A stretch of DNA of 63,570 nucleotides, counting the filler, from a bacterium (lineage in GTDB: Bacteria; UBP15; UBA6099; JAJRTR01), in assembly GCA_024278215.1 (NCBI GenBank). It is 6 parts of 6 records of this genome, joined end to end, with 100 filler letters (N's around TTAATTAATTAA, not from the genome) between each part and the next. Parts side by side here need not be neighbours in the genome. Positions count along the whole stretch, not along the records: positions 1 to 24,815 come from JAJRTR010000046.1; 5 more parts are not named here. The stretch is one strand, 5' to 3'. Numbering within the stretch: position 1 is the first letter of the stretch; every line of letters begins with the position of its first letter. Positions 8,690 to 18,240 of the stretch are shown here, one piece after another. Both the position numbers and the translations under genes were made by a program. The notes beneath the pieces are model-generated. The model was given only the letters and a program-made list of their open reading frames with translations, was not told the origin of the DNA and did no database searches.

Positions 8690-9595
8690 TTATGCTGCGA
8701 GTAGTGTTGAAGCATACCGTTCCATGTCCGACTGTTTCTGTGGCTGGAATGCCTGCGCCGCTCGCGTGATCGAATTCACTGCATCGAACAGGGTGCGGCC
8801 TCCGTGATACTCACGGTTCGCTGACCGGACAACCCTGTCGGCTGCCGTGTGTCCCATCGCGCTCGCGACGCCGGTGATGATCTCGGCTTTGTCGCCAGCA
8901 GTCAGGTACCTGCTTCTTGCCCGGTCCATTCGTTCAAGGTACTCATGAGAGCGATTTAATACCGTGTTTAGGTCGGGCAACTGAATTTCATTATTGCCCA
9001 GGTGCATCCAGCGGGATCTCATTATGTCTCCGACAGGTACCATCATGCCGTTGCTGCATATCCAGCGATATACGCCAGCGTGAACCTGCAAACTACCCTG
9101 ACCGTTTTCCGAATTCGTGAACTCAATCATCGGAGCCAGTTCGCCGACTTGCGCTGAGGTTGGAACAAGTTTCACTTTCGTGAGATCAAAACTGAGTGTG
9201 TAGTTTACGGGCATCAGGCCGATGCCGCTGTCCTGTGCCGATTGCAATATGTCGAGCAGCATGATGTTGTCGAGCTTTTTGTACCGGGGTGAGACAACTC
9301 CGTAGAGAGTGTTATCGTGGAACCGGTACAGACGCTCGGTCTCACCCTGCTCTCGACTCAGACGGTTGAAGATGATAGCCCTCTCGACAGGTGTCAACCT
9401 CTCGCGCCAAAAGTCGGTGGGAATCCCGCACTGTACGCAAAGCTGTTTTATTGCTGTGCCGGTCACCCTGACTGGTTTATTCCTGAAGTAGAACGAGCCG
9501 TTGCCATATATGATGTCACCGGTTGTTGCATGTTCGTCATGCTTCGCTGCATCGTTGGCTTTCAGTTGCTGTATGAGTCCTTCCATCTTGTTCAT
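8690..9595 (-). CDS. DUF932-family phage/plasmid protein
   Basis: GVVSPRYKKLDN, NSENGQGSL...YRWICSNGM, H-x-G, TLFDAVNSITRAAQ. RBS GGGAGG before ATG 9595. Confidence 0.75.
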   Translation of the reverse strand: MNKMEGLIQQLKANDAAKHDEHATTGDIIYGNGSFYFRNKPVRVTGTAIKQLCVQCGIPTDFWRERLTPVERAIIFNRLSREQGETERLYRFHDNTLYGVVSPRYKKLDNIMLLDILQSAQDSGIGLMPVNYTLSFDLTKVKLVPTSAQVGELAPMIEFTNSENGQGSLQVHAGVYRWICSNGMMVPVGDIMRSRWMHLGNNEIQLPDLNTVLNRSHEYLERMDRARSRYLTAGDKAEIITGVASAMGHTAADRVVRSANREYHGGRTLFDAVNSITRAAQAFQPQKQSDMERYASTLLAA

Positions 9596-9680
9596 AGTTA
9601 TTCCTCCCATAAAAGTTCAGGGCCGAGAGCATTGATTCGCTCCCGACCCCGTATTTCTGTGTTATTGCTGTGCTACTTGC

Positions 9681-9845
9681 TTACTCAGCCTCTGCTGGCT
9701 GCGGGTCTTTCTCCGCCTTGCGTTTCCTTCTCAGCGTCAACCAGCGTTCAGTTAAATCGTTGCCGATTGTGAATCCGATTGCGCCCAGGAACGAACAGAC
9801 GATGATGGCGATGCCGATGCAGACATACTTCATAATTGTGCTCAT
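9681..9845 (-). CDS. 54-aa single-pass membrane peptide (below the ORF-track cutoff)
   Basis: AAAGGAG RBS. Sequence MSTIMKYVCIGIAIIVCSFLGAIGFTIGNDLTERWLTLRRKRKAEKDPQPAEAE. Co-oriented with neighbouring genes. Confidence 0.65.
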   Translation of the reverse strand: MSTIMKYVCIGIAIIVCSFLGAIGFTIGNDLTERWLTLRRKRKAEKDPQPAEAE

Positions 9846-9922
9846 AACGAGTCTCCTTTTTTGATAGATAAACAGAGGGCCGAAAAGGCATAAGCGCCCC
9901 TCCGGCTCCTGCTGTCTGGGGG

Positions 9923-10384
9923 TCAGATAATAGCTCGCGAAAAGTCGAGAAGCTTTTCAATGACTCTTGATGCGTCGCGTCTCGATATGTTCGCTGTGGA
10001 ATCCATACTGCACTGATTTCTCAGCCAGGCACGCGCTTCTTCTTTGCTGTCAAAGTTCTCGTCGAACAGTTTGCGCAGCATATTGACTTGCTTTTCAGTG
10101 GCTTTGTAGCCGTTGCCGTTTCCATTACCACATGACGAGCCACCGTTACGCCCGTTGCCTGAATTGCGTGACTGTGAACTGGACGGGATTGCTGTCGATG
10201 GTACGGTGCCGGACGCGCCGCCGTTGATCTGGCGTTGCACAGCTTCTCGCGCCTGATGGAATAGGTAATCTGCGATCTGGTCAACGTTGTTGAATTCGCT
10301 TTCTGCTTCGATAGTGACCATGTAGGTTTCGTTCTCATAATCACCGGTTGACACTTTCTTCGTGAAGTTTGCCAATATCTTCAT
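9923..10384 (-). CDS. Hypothetical mobile-element protein with Gly/Asn linker and a C-terminal ATEKQ...DASRVIEKL helical module
   Basis: RBS GAGGAGG. The C-terminus resembles the small helical domains seen on phage/plasmid recombination proteins. Confidence 0.6.
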   Translation of the reverse strand: MKILANFTKKVSTGDYENETYMVTIEAESEFNNVDQIADYLFHQAREAVQRQINGGASGTVPSTAIPSSSQSRNSGNGRNGGSSCGNGNGNGYKATEKQVNMLRKLFDENFDSKEEARAWLRNQCSMDSTANISRRDASRVIEKLLDFSRAII

Positions 10385-10563
10385 CTCTGTACTCACCTCC
10401 TCGTTTCAAGATTATGAGCAGTTGCTAATGACGTGCTCAGGTCGCATCGGCTCGGTAGTAGTCAGATAAAACCGATCCGAATTCACAACGTTCTTATGGA
10501 AGTTTTTCGGGCTTTTAATTAGTGGGGTACGGACAGTTTCGTGTCATTGTCCAGGACAGACAT

Positions 10564-11556
10564 CTATGCTGTGACGTACGTGTGGTAGAGAATAGAATCC
10601 GGGTTATACTCAGCCTCCAGATACATTCGATCCACATCGTCCAGCCAGGCCTCGAATGCGTCCTGCTCCCGAAGTTCGGCCATGCGCTCACGGTAGCTTT
10701 TCACTGGTGTCTGAACCGGTGCTGCTTCCTCGGACAGGGTTTCACCGATGTACTCCTCGACATCTGCGCGGAGGAATTCCAGCATGGCTTCGTCGTGGTG
10801 TGACTGACGTGGCAGACGCGGTCGCGCATGTCTCCTGCTGCCTGCCGCCTGTCCAGTCCATCCACTACCGTAATCGAACGCCAGGCAAGCCTCCTGTTCC
10901 TTCCATGCGAAATCCACGCAGCCGGGAATATTTCGTTCCTCTCCATATACATCCTCTGTGGTGAGCTTCGGGCAAAAGCGATCCATCACCTCGTACACCA
11001 GCTTGCGCTCTGTCGTCATTGTCCACTCCGGGTCAATCCAGTCAGCACGTTCGTATCCCGTGATCGCCGGGCGGATACCGCTGCCACTGCATCGGAAGCA
11101 TGAGCCGGTATCGTGTTCGCCGTTCCTGCGGGTGAAGTGCGCCACGCCTGAGCCTCCGCATCTCCGGCAGGTGGGATACACCTGCACGAACTCCATGCGT
11201 GGTTTTCCATCCAGCATCGCGTCCCAGGCTTCCCACACCGGATCGCGCAGTTCCACCGACCAGTCCAAGCCTTCCTGCGTGGCGTCAATCGCCTCGAACA
11301 GCGATTCGGGCAACCTGGACTCCACCGAGCAGGCTACGTAAGGCTCCGGCACGTGGGGCGGGACGGATACGGCGTACCCCGTTTGCGCCACCAGCCACCG
11401 GTGGGTTTCACCGTCGTCGCCTACTGCTGCGAGTTCGGCGCGTACACTATCTTCGAATGCTGAATGCTTCCGGCAGCGGTCGTTGTTATCGACACCGCCT
11501 CCGATACTACCTTGGTCCATCGTGGATACAAACCACTTACACTGTCTACAATTCAT
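10564..11556 (-). CDS. Hypothetical protein with DnaJ-type CxxCxGxG zinc-finger pair and N-terminal CxxC
   Basis: CRRCGGSG and CFRCSGSG, CRQC at the N-terminus, RBS AAAGGAGG. Confidence 0.65.
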   Translation of the reverse strand: MNCRQCKWFVSTMDQGSIGGGVDNNDRCRKHSAFEDSVRAELAAVGDDGETHRWLVAQTGYAVSVPPHVPEPYVACSVESRLPESLFEAIDATQEGLDWSVELRDPVWEAWDAMLDGKPRMEFVQVYPTCRRCGGSGVAHFTRRNGEHDTGSCFRCSGSGIRPAITGYERADWIDPEWTMTTERKLVYEVMDRFCPKLTTEDVYGEERNIPGCVDFAWKEQEACLAFDYGSGWTGQAAGSRRHARPRLPRQSHHDEAMLEFLRADVEEYIGETLSEEAAPVQTPVKSYRERMAELREQDAFEAWLDDVDRMYLEAEYNPDSILYHTYVTA

Positions 11557-12443
11557 GGTAGACCTCCTTTGTTATGTGATAGCCCCTGTAAAGTGGGGCA
11601 AATGCAAACGGGCAGTTTTACGTCATGCCCAGGACGGGTGCGGTTTAACGTCGCGCTGGACGGGGATGTGGGGTAAAGAGCAGTTCGGGTCGGAACCGGG
11701 TCCCTTTACGGGTGCCGGTCCGTGCCGATCTGCGTGGGTTGGCAGCGACGGTGATGGAACATGACCATCGCGTAGTGGAGCAGGCAGGTGGGCCGGATAG
11801 GCGGGGCGGGGTGTCATGGTATAGTGACAAGAGTGGGGTGTTCGGTCATCGCTGCGTGGAAGTGGGGCTGGGGTGGCGGGGCTCAACCTTCGATAGCGGC
11901 AACCACCTTCGCTTAGTTCAGCGGTCGGTTAATGTGATTGAAGTTAGGCAGGGCGGTGTGACCTTCGACACCCGGCACCCTGTAACCGGATACAGTTATA
12001 GAATGCGGTCAACCCGCGCTCGTGTGGTTGTAGAACGACCCGGTGGGCACCGAACTTGACTTCGGCTTTCACATGGGGGTATAGGGGGGGTACCCTCCGC
12101 TGGCCTCAAAAACGCCATCAGGCCGGGTTGGGCTCATATATTATATTAAGTGGATTTTCCTTCATTAGGGGCCGTCATCGCCGCGAACGGCGGGGGGGGG
12201 GCATCAGTTAGAAAGTTAGACGTAAAACGTCATGTTTGGGACATTCAGCCCCCTGTCAGTTTTCTGTACGGCGGGGGTTAAGTGGTTAGACAGGTTAGCC
12301 AAATGCCCGGTAAAACACGGGGTTAGACGGCAGTTAGAAAGAGGACCCGCCCTTTTTTCGATCAAGGCGAGTCCTCAAAAACATTCGGTATAATGGGGTT
12401 TTTTATTGATATGGGGTGTGTCTGCGCAAAGCTCCAAATCGAG

Positions 12444-12486
12444 CTTGCACGGCGGAGGTCGAGGGTTCGAGCCCCTTAGTCTCCAC
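12444..12486 (+). other. att site: 3' fragment of tRNA-Ala(TGC) from the anticodon loop to the acceptor end
   Basis: CTTGCAC-GGCGG-AGGTC-GAGGG-TTCGAGC-CCCTT-AGTCTCC-AC. No matching D-arm or 5' acceptor strand upstream. Confidence 0.85.
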
Positions 12487-12492
12487 TTCAAT

Positions 12493-12520
12493 AAAACCGC
12501 TCTAAATGGGCGGTTTTTTT
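12493..12520 (+). terminator. Intrinsic terminator after the tRNA fragment
   Basis: AAAACCGCTC-TAAAT-GGGCGGTTTT followed by further T. Confidence 0.8.
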
Positions 12521-12619
12521 ATATTCTGTCTCTTTTCAGCCCTCTAACTTCATCCGCGATTTACCGCCAGTGTCATTACTTTTGCATTACTTGTTGACCG
12601 CTCATTGCTATTTTTATTA

Positions 12620-12797
12620 GAGCCGATTGCAAAATTCTGATTCTGGTGCGGTCGGCTGCTATTGTCCATAGCTGCGTTGTCGGCACAAAATCGTCCTCGA
12701 CGTATTCTACAAGTACGTCTGCGGGGATTTTACACCTCCGCCTTCTTCTGAACATTTTCGCTCGACCTCGCTACGAACATAATTTCGCAATCGGCTC
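12620..12797. mobile_element. MITE family 1, copy A (178 bp)
   Basis: TIR GAGCCGATTGCAAAATT/AATTTCGCAATCGGCTC, with TTA on both sides. Confidence 0.85.
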
Positions 12798-12812
12798 TTA
12801 CTCATATTACTG

Positions 12813-12841
12813 CCTCCTCGTTACTTGCGAGGAGGTTTTTT
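12813..12841 (+). terminator. Hairpin plus T-tract
   Basis: CCTCCTCG-N7-CGAGGAGG-TTTTTT. Confidence 0.55.
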
Positions 12842-12927
12842 ACAAGCATAGCGCCTAAAGGACAAATTCCGGTCATGTCCCCGAAATTCTTGCAAAATAT
12901 CTGTTTTGCACAAGTTCAGAATATAAT

Positions 12928-13116
12928 TCAAACAGCCTCGACAACAAATCTGCCGGCCGATGTATCGAATTCCTTGAACTTGCCCTCGAACACCTTTTCT
13001 TCTCCGAAGAGATTTCTCGCTTTGAAAGTACCGTTTTCCGCTACAATCCTGGTCGCTGTCTCCAGAACTATTTCTTCATTTCCATCCTTTATAATGAAAA
13101 CAGATGTCTCACACAT
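12928..13116 (-). CDS. cooT: CooT-family nickel-binding protein (62 aa)
   Basis: MCETSVFI..GNEEIVLE...NLFGEEK pattern with Cys at position 2. RBS AGGAG. Confidence 0.75.
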   Translation of the reverse strand: MCETSVFIIKDGNEEIVLETATRIVAENGTFKARNLFGEEKVFEGKFKEFDTSAGRFVVEAV

Positions 13117-13136
13117 ATTGGGTATACTCCTCTCCT

Positions 13137-13164
13137 GTATTACTAATAATATTATAGTAATCAC
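13137..13164. promoter_or_regulatory. NikR-like operator overlapping the cooT -10 box
   Basis: GTATTAC-N13(AT-only)-GTAATCAC inverted repeat, with TATAAT on the minus strand inside it. Confidence 0.55.
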
Positions 13165-13293
13165 AAAGCAATGTTTATATATAAGTGAGAATATTTCTGA
13201 ACTGACAGCTTCAGAATCATGTGTGGATAATGATGTAAGTAAACATCAATTGTGTATAATAATGTAAGGATGAAATGAAGATTGGAGTATCGA

Positions 13294-14802
13294 ATGACAC
13301 AGCAGGAAAAGAATTTCGAGGGAAGTCTAAAAATACGTCTTTATAATACAAAATCGAGAGAAGTGGAGCTTTTCCAGCCTTATTTCGCGCCGCGAGTAGG
13401 GATATATTCCTGCGGAATGACGGTTTACGGATATGCGCATGTGGGACATATTCGCACATACACCAACAGCGATGTGCTGCGAAGGCTGCTGGAATATGCC
13501 GGCTATCAGGTTACACAGGTAATGAATGTGACGGATGTCGGGCACATGACATCGGACGAAGACGCGGGAGAGGACAAGCTTGAGCTGGGCGCGAGGCGTG
13601 AAGGGAAGACGCCCTGGGAGATAGCGGAGTTTTATGAAGATCATTTTTTCAGCACGATTGCCGAATGCAATATTACACGTCCCGAGGTCATAAGCCGCGC
13701 GACGGAGCATATAGGCGAACAGATCGGGCTGGTGAAAAGGCTTGAAGATAATGGATATACGTATAAGACGGATGTGGGAGTGATCTTTGACACATCGAAA
13801 TTCGGGCGGTATGCGGAGTTTGCAAGGCTGGACCTCGAGGGGCAGGAAGCAGGTGCCCGTGTCGCTGTGGACGATCAGCGTCGAAACCCGCAGGATTTTG
13901 CCCTGTGGATCACTAATCAGCCGAACCACATTATGCAGTGGAACAGTCCGTGGGGGCGCGGTTTCCCGGGCTGGCATATCGAGTGTTCAGCAATGGCGAT
14001 GCGTTATCTCGGCGATCAGGTCGACATCCATACCGGCGGCATCGACCACATCCCCGTACACCATACGAATGAGATCGCGCAGTCCGAGTGCGCGACAGGC
14101 AGACAGTATGTCAAATACTGGTTTCATTCCGCGTTTCTGAATGTGGATGGGCGGAAGATGTCGAAGTCGCTGAACAATCTTTATACGCTTGATGATGTCA
14201 GGGCGCGTGGATATTCGCCGCTCGCGTTGCGCTATCTTTTTCTGAACGGTTTTTACCGGCGCGACATGAATTTCACATGGGAAGCGCTCGAGAGCGCCCA
14301 GCGTGGTCTGGCGCGGCTCTGGGGCGCGTGCGCCGAGTTACCCGCTCCGACCGGTGTTGTCATCCCCGGATTTATCGAAAAATTCGAGTCGGCCATATCC
14401 AATGACCTGAATACGATGAATGCCCTGGCTGTTGTATCCGGCGTTCTCGAAACGAAGGGTCCGCCCGAAAGCAAAGCCTCGACAATATATAAGATGGATG
14501 AAGTATTCGGACTTGATCTTGCGAACTCGCGCACCAGGCTGTCTGATTTCTGGCGGCTCAGGGGGCTGCGTCCCGAGCATAAAATGCAGGCGGAGAGTAT
14601 GGCCGACAAGAGGGAAAAGGCCAGAAAAAACAAGAACTTTTCGGAAGCCGACCGGCTGCGTGACAGGATCAACAACATGGGGTTCCAGGTCGAGGACACG
14701 CCGCAGGGGCCGAAGATCGTTCCGATGTTTGATTTCGACTTCGCGGCTATGCGCAAACCGGTTTGCGGGCATTGCGGCGTTGATGAAAAGACAGGGTGCT
14801 GA
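13294..14802 (+). CDS. cysS: Cysteinyl-tRNA synthetase
   Basis: CGMTVY..AHVGH, PGWHIECSAM, DIHTGGIDH..HHTNE, KMSKS, ADRLRD anticodon-binding domain. Confidence 0.97.
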   Translation: MTQQEKNFEGSLKIRLYNTKSREVELFQPYFAPRVGIYSCGMTVYGYAHVGHIRTYTNSDVLRRLLEYAGYQVTQVMNVTDVGHMTSDEDAGEDKLELGARREGKTPWEIAEFYEDHFFSTIAECNITRPEVISRATEHIGEQIGLVKRLEDNGYTYKTDVGVIFDTSKFGRYAEFARLDLEGQEAGARVAVDDQRRNPQDFALWITNQPNHIMQWNSPWGRGFPGWHIECSAMAMRYLGDQVDIHTGGIDHIPVHHTNEIAQSECATGRQYVKYWFHSAFLNVDGRKMSKSLNNLYTLDDVRARGYSPLALRYLFLNGFYRRDMNFTWEALESAQRGLARLWGACAELPAPTGVVIPGFIEKFESAISNDLNTMNALAVVSGVLETKGPPESKASTIYKMDEVFGLDLANSRTRLSDFWRLRGLRPEHKMQAESMADKREKARKNKNFSEADRLRDRINNMGFQVEDTPQGPKIVPMFDFDFAAMRKPVCGHCGVDEKTGC

Positions 14803-16152
14803 ATGGTCTCCTTTTTACTTCATTTTGTTCCTTTTACGCTGTTGTCGCTTTTGCTGATACATATAGTATTCAGGAAATCCGACAAGAAAATCGGCGGGCT
14901 CAACATCAAGGTCTTTTTCATACTTCTTGTGGCTCTATATATTTACAGGCCGTTTGTGATAGCCACATGGATGATCAGTCCCGCGGGCATGATAGTTTTT
15001 GTAGTAGTCGTGTTCCTGTGGCGCGCGCGCAAAGGTCTGCGCTCGATGGCAGTCGCGTCGAATTTCGTTCGTTTCATCACAATGCTTATTTTCCTTTATC
15101 CGTTATATCTCGCCGGTACAGTTCTTTTGTTCTCCATCACCACCGGTTACGACTGCGGGAGAATGGAGAAGCAGAGGGGGCTTTCACCGATCTTTTCGCT
15201 TTGCGACAAAAAAAATGTCGAGACGGCAAAATCATTTACCGATTCCATTTTTCATTGCCGCAACGGTTTTCCGAGTGCGTCGCGCGAGTTGATATATGTC
15301 GGTTTCGGCGCGGAGACAAACCCCGATTTGCAGGCATTGCTTGGCGTAGACGTAAAAACCGGAGAGATCAAACGGAAGTATCGCATACACTCGGTTTTCA
15401 GGGGCTACTGCAATGCGGAACTCAAAACATGTATATTCCTCGTGTCGCCGATGAACACGATCCGGCTGTGGAACGACGAAAAGGAGGAAGTGATAAAGGA
15501 TTTCTTCACTCCCAGGGACAGGCCCAGGTTTATGAGCGTCGACAGTGAAAATCCGGACATCGTATATGTCGCTTCAGACGCCGACTGGATAGCGGAAGTC
15601 AACCTCCGCAAACAGGAAATAACAAGAAGATTCCACATGCCCAACGCGGCGCTTGCCACAGTATCGAACACGCCGAAACGTGTGATCGCCAACACGAGCA
15701 TGTTTTTCAGGCCGTTCATGTATGCGGCAGACAAGAAGACGGGGAAAACAGAGCGCATAGCTGTCGGGATGTTGAGAATGTGGAAGAACTGGGGATTTTT
15801 CTTCCACGTCGAGGGTGACCCGGATCGAGAGCGCGCTTTTATCGGCGCGCCTATGGAATCGGCTGTGTATATGGTCGACCTCGAGAGGAAAAGAGTCGCG
15901 TGGCGCTACCAGTTGCCCATCGGCATCCGCGACCTCGGCTACGACAGCAGGAGACAGGTTCTGTATGCAAGCAACTTTGTTAACGGTTATGTCTATAAGA
16001 TAGATGTATCCGGCGAAAAGCCGGTAGGTCTGGGAAAGATTTATGTCGGTCGGCGGGTGCGGTATTTCAACTATGAACCCGACGAAGATTTCTTCATCGC
16101 GGCATCGGCGAACGGTTTCTTCAAGTATTCGCCTGCCGACGCCGGCCCCTGA
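14803..16152 (+). CDS. Membrane protein with N-terminal TM helices and YncE-like beta-propeller
   Basis: About 4 hydrophobic helices followed by repeated blade motifs (VYVAS, LYASNF, VYKID). Confidence 0.65.
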   Translation: MVSFLLHFVPFTLLSLLLIHIVFRKSDKKIGGLNIKVFFILLVALYIYRPFVIATWMISPAGMIVFVVVVFLWRARKGLRSMAVASNFVRFITMLIFLYPLYLAGTVLLFSITTGYDCGRMEKQRGLSPIFSLCDKKNVETAKSFTDSIFHCRNGFPSASRELIYVGFGAETNPDLQALLGVDVKTGEIKRKYRIHSVFRGYCNAELKTCIFLVSPMNTIRLWNDEKEEVIKDFFTPRDRPRFMSVDSENPDIVYVASDADWIAEVNLRKQEITRRFHMPNAALATVSNTPKRVIANTSMFFRPFMYAADKKTGKTERIAVGMLRMWKNWGFFFHVEGDPDRERAFIGAPMESAVYMVDLERKRVAWRYQLPIGIRDLGYDSRRQVLYASNFVNGYVYKIDVSGEKPVGLGKIYVGRRVRYFNYEPDEDFFIAASANGFFKYSPADAGP

Positions 16153-16275
16153 CCCGGTGCGACCGGACCCCGAAAGGACATTTTCCCGGTTCCGGCCCGC
16201 ACTGGTTGAAATATGCGGGACAGCAACTGCGGTGTCGGCGCGAAGTCGCCCGCAGGGGTTTAATCTCCCGGCAGT

Positions 16276-17181
16276 TTATGCCTCCGCGGGTTTGCCGATA
16301 CGCAACCCGATACGCTCGGTTCCTATCCGCCATCCGTCGCGCGCGTTGTAATATACCCACAGTTCGCCATTGGGCCTCGGCACAGCATCCAGTTGATAGA
16401 CCAGCGCTTTTTCCCAGCCGTCGCCCGGTGCGAAAAGAGGTTCCGTGTATGGTTCCTCCCATATCCTGCCGTCGCGCGAAAACATCACCGTTATTGCTGA
16501 CCTGGACTTGTTTTTATGATCCGAATATATCCCGTTGTTGAAGCCTACCCACCTGTTGTTTTCCTCGTCGCGATAAACCTTGATAGCGCCCGCGCCCTTA
16601 TTGCGCAGCGGGTCGCGGTCGTCGGGCTCTATCATCGGCGTTTTTCTTTTCCTGTATGGGCCAAGTATATTGCGCGATTCGGCGAAACCGATATATTTAG
16701 GCTCTGCGAATCCAAGGTCCTTCAAAAAAACATTCCCCGCGCTGTAGTACAGTCTGAACATGCTGCCGTTTTTAACCACACACGGGCAGGCTACTGTACC
16801 TGCGCCGTCTTTTTCCCATTTCAACTGCGGGTGGAGGATGCGCTTCGGAGACGACCAGTCCCACAGGTCCTTTGATCTGCGAACAACAATATTCGATTGC
16901 CACGGGTTCACATGCAGTTCGTGAAACAAATAATATGTGTCGGCCTCTTTAATCAGGAAACACCTCATGCCGCGCCCCACACGGTTCCTGCGCCGCCACT
17001 TCACGCCGTCTTCGCTTGTATAGTGGTAGATAAACAGCACGGTGTTGAGGAATATATGCCATATTCCATCGGGCGCCTTGTCATCGGGCAGGACGACGGG
17101 GTCGCCCAGCAGCCACTCGGGCCAGATCGGCTCGATCAGCGGGTTATCGGGATGTGCGCTCCATTCGAGTTCAAGATTCAT
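16276..17181 (-). CDS. Five-bladed beta-propeller glycoside hydrolase-like protein (GH43/32/130 type)
   Basis: NPLIEP, GDPVVL, CPCVVK..FRLYYSA, IGFAES, LWVYYNARDG. Confidence 0.7.
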   Translation of the reverse strand: MNLELEWSAHPDNPLIEPIWPEWLLGDPVVLPDDKAPDGIWHIFLNTVLFIYHYTSEDGVKWRRRNRVGRGMRCFLIKEADTYYLFHELHVNPWQSNIVVRRSKDLWDWSSPKRILHPQLKWEKDGAGTVACPCVVKNGSMFRLYYSAGNVFLKDLGFAEPKYIGFAESRNILGPYRKRKTPMIEPDDRDPLRNKGAGAIKVYRDEENNRWVGFNNGIYSDHKNKSRSAITVMFSRDGRIWEEPYTEPLFAPGDGWEKALVYQLDAVPRPNGELWVYYNARDGWRIGTERIGLRIGKPAEA

Positions 17182-17259
17182 CTGCTTCTCCGGATCATGA
17201 AGTTCTCAATACAAGCAACTGGCTCCTTATTCTACACTGTTATCCGGCGTATGCCGAGA

Positions 17260-18192
17260 CTATCGATCCGAAACTAACGGATCGCCCTGCAACCAGCCGT
17301 GAGTAAACCCGAACTCCTCGACGGCGTCGAGCACTTCGGCATATTCATCGCCCGTAATCCTGCGTGATACTTCCGGTTCATCCGGGGCCTTATACGCCGG
17401 GAAATATTGTTCCATGATGCTGATGTGCACATCCGTGGAAAGTTCGTTTGCGATAAAACCAAGCACATCGCGGCTGCCTGCCCTGCCGTTCGGCAACACC
17501 AGGTGGCGTATCAACAAACCGCGACGCGCTATGCCGTTGTCGTCGAGATGAAGAGCCCCGACCTGCCGGTACATTTCCCTGACCGCCGCCCTGTTTTTCT
17601 CGACATAATCATGGCAGCCTGAGAATCTCTTTGCTGATTCGTTGTCTCCATATTTCATGTCGGGCATGTATATGTCGATGATGCCGTCGAGCAGCCGGAC
17701 GGCGTCGAGACTCTCGTAGCCGCCGCAGTTATAGACCAGGGGGATCGTCAGTCCGTCGCGTGCGGCGATATCCAGCGAGCGGAGAATCTGCGGCATGAAA
17801 TGAGTAGGGGTGACAAGATTTATATTATGGCATCCGCGCGCTTGCAGTGCGAGCATCATCTGTGCCATACGCGCGGGCGGCGCGGGATTGCCGTTTCCGA
17901 GATGGCTTATGGGGTAGTTCTGGCAGAACATACATTTGAGGTTGCAGTGGGTGAGGAAAATCGTGCCGCTTCCGCGGCTGCCCGATATGGGAGGTTCTTC
18001 GCCGTGGTGGTCGTTAAAGCTCGAGACTTCGGCGACTGCGTCCGCGCCGCAGACGCCGAGTTCGCCCGTCGCGCGGTCCACTCCGCAACGCCTTGGGCAA
18101 AGAGTGCAGCATTCCAGCATCGCTGCCGCCCGTGTCGCCCGCTCCGCCAGTGCGCCGCTCCGCGACATCCGCACATACGATGCTTCCCGCAT
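17260..18192 (-). CDS. PflX-like radical SAM protein
   Basis: CTLCPRRCGVDR, GEEPPISG..GSGTIF, CNLKCMFCQN (CxxxCxxC), GCHNINLVTPTH, DIYMPDMKY. Confidence 0.9.
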   Translation of the reverse strand: MREASYVRMSRSGALAERATRAAAMLECCTLCPRRCGVDRATGELGVCGADAVAEVSSFNDHHGEEPPISGSRGSGTIFLTHCNLKCMFCQNYPISHLGNGNPAPPARMAQMMLALQARGCHNINLVTPTHFMPQILRSLDIAARDGLTIPLVYNCGGYESLDAVRLLDGIIDIYMPDMKYGDNESAKRFSGCHDYVEKNRAAVREMYRQVGALHLDDNGIARRGLLIRHLVLPNGRAGSRDVLGFIANELSTDVHISIMEQYFPAYKAPDEPEVSRRITGDEYAEVLDAVEEFGFTHGWLQGDPLVSDR

Positions 18193-18240
18193 TGCTGTCC
18201 CCCGGGGGCTCGAATCCAGCATATTCAGTGAAGCCCCACA

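Larger units (their letters stand above)
1..12486. mobile_element. Distal part of a genomic island integrated at tRNA-Ala(TGC); the other end is outside the window
   Basis: Bounded by a tRNA 3'-half duplication plus terminator. Cargo of RM, RAYT, DUF932 and PD-(D/E)XK genes. Core genes resume immediately to the right. Confidence 0.75.

Noticed and set aside
12406-12486. Complete tRNA-Ala gene
   Set aside because: No D-arm or complementary 5' acceptor strand; only the 3' half is present.
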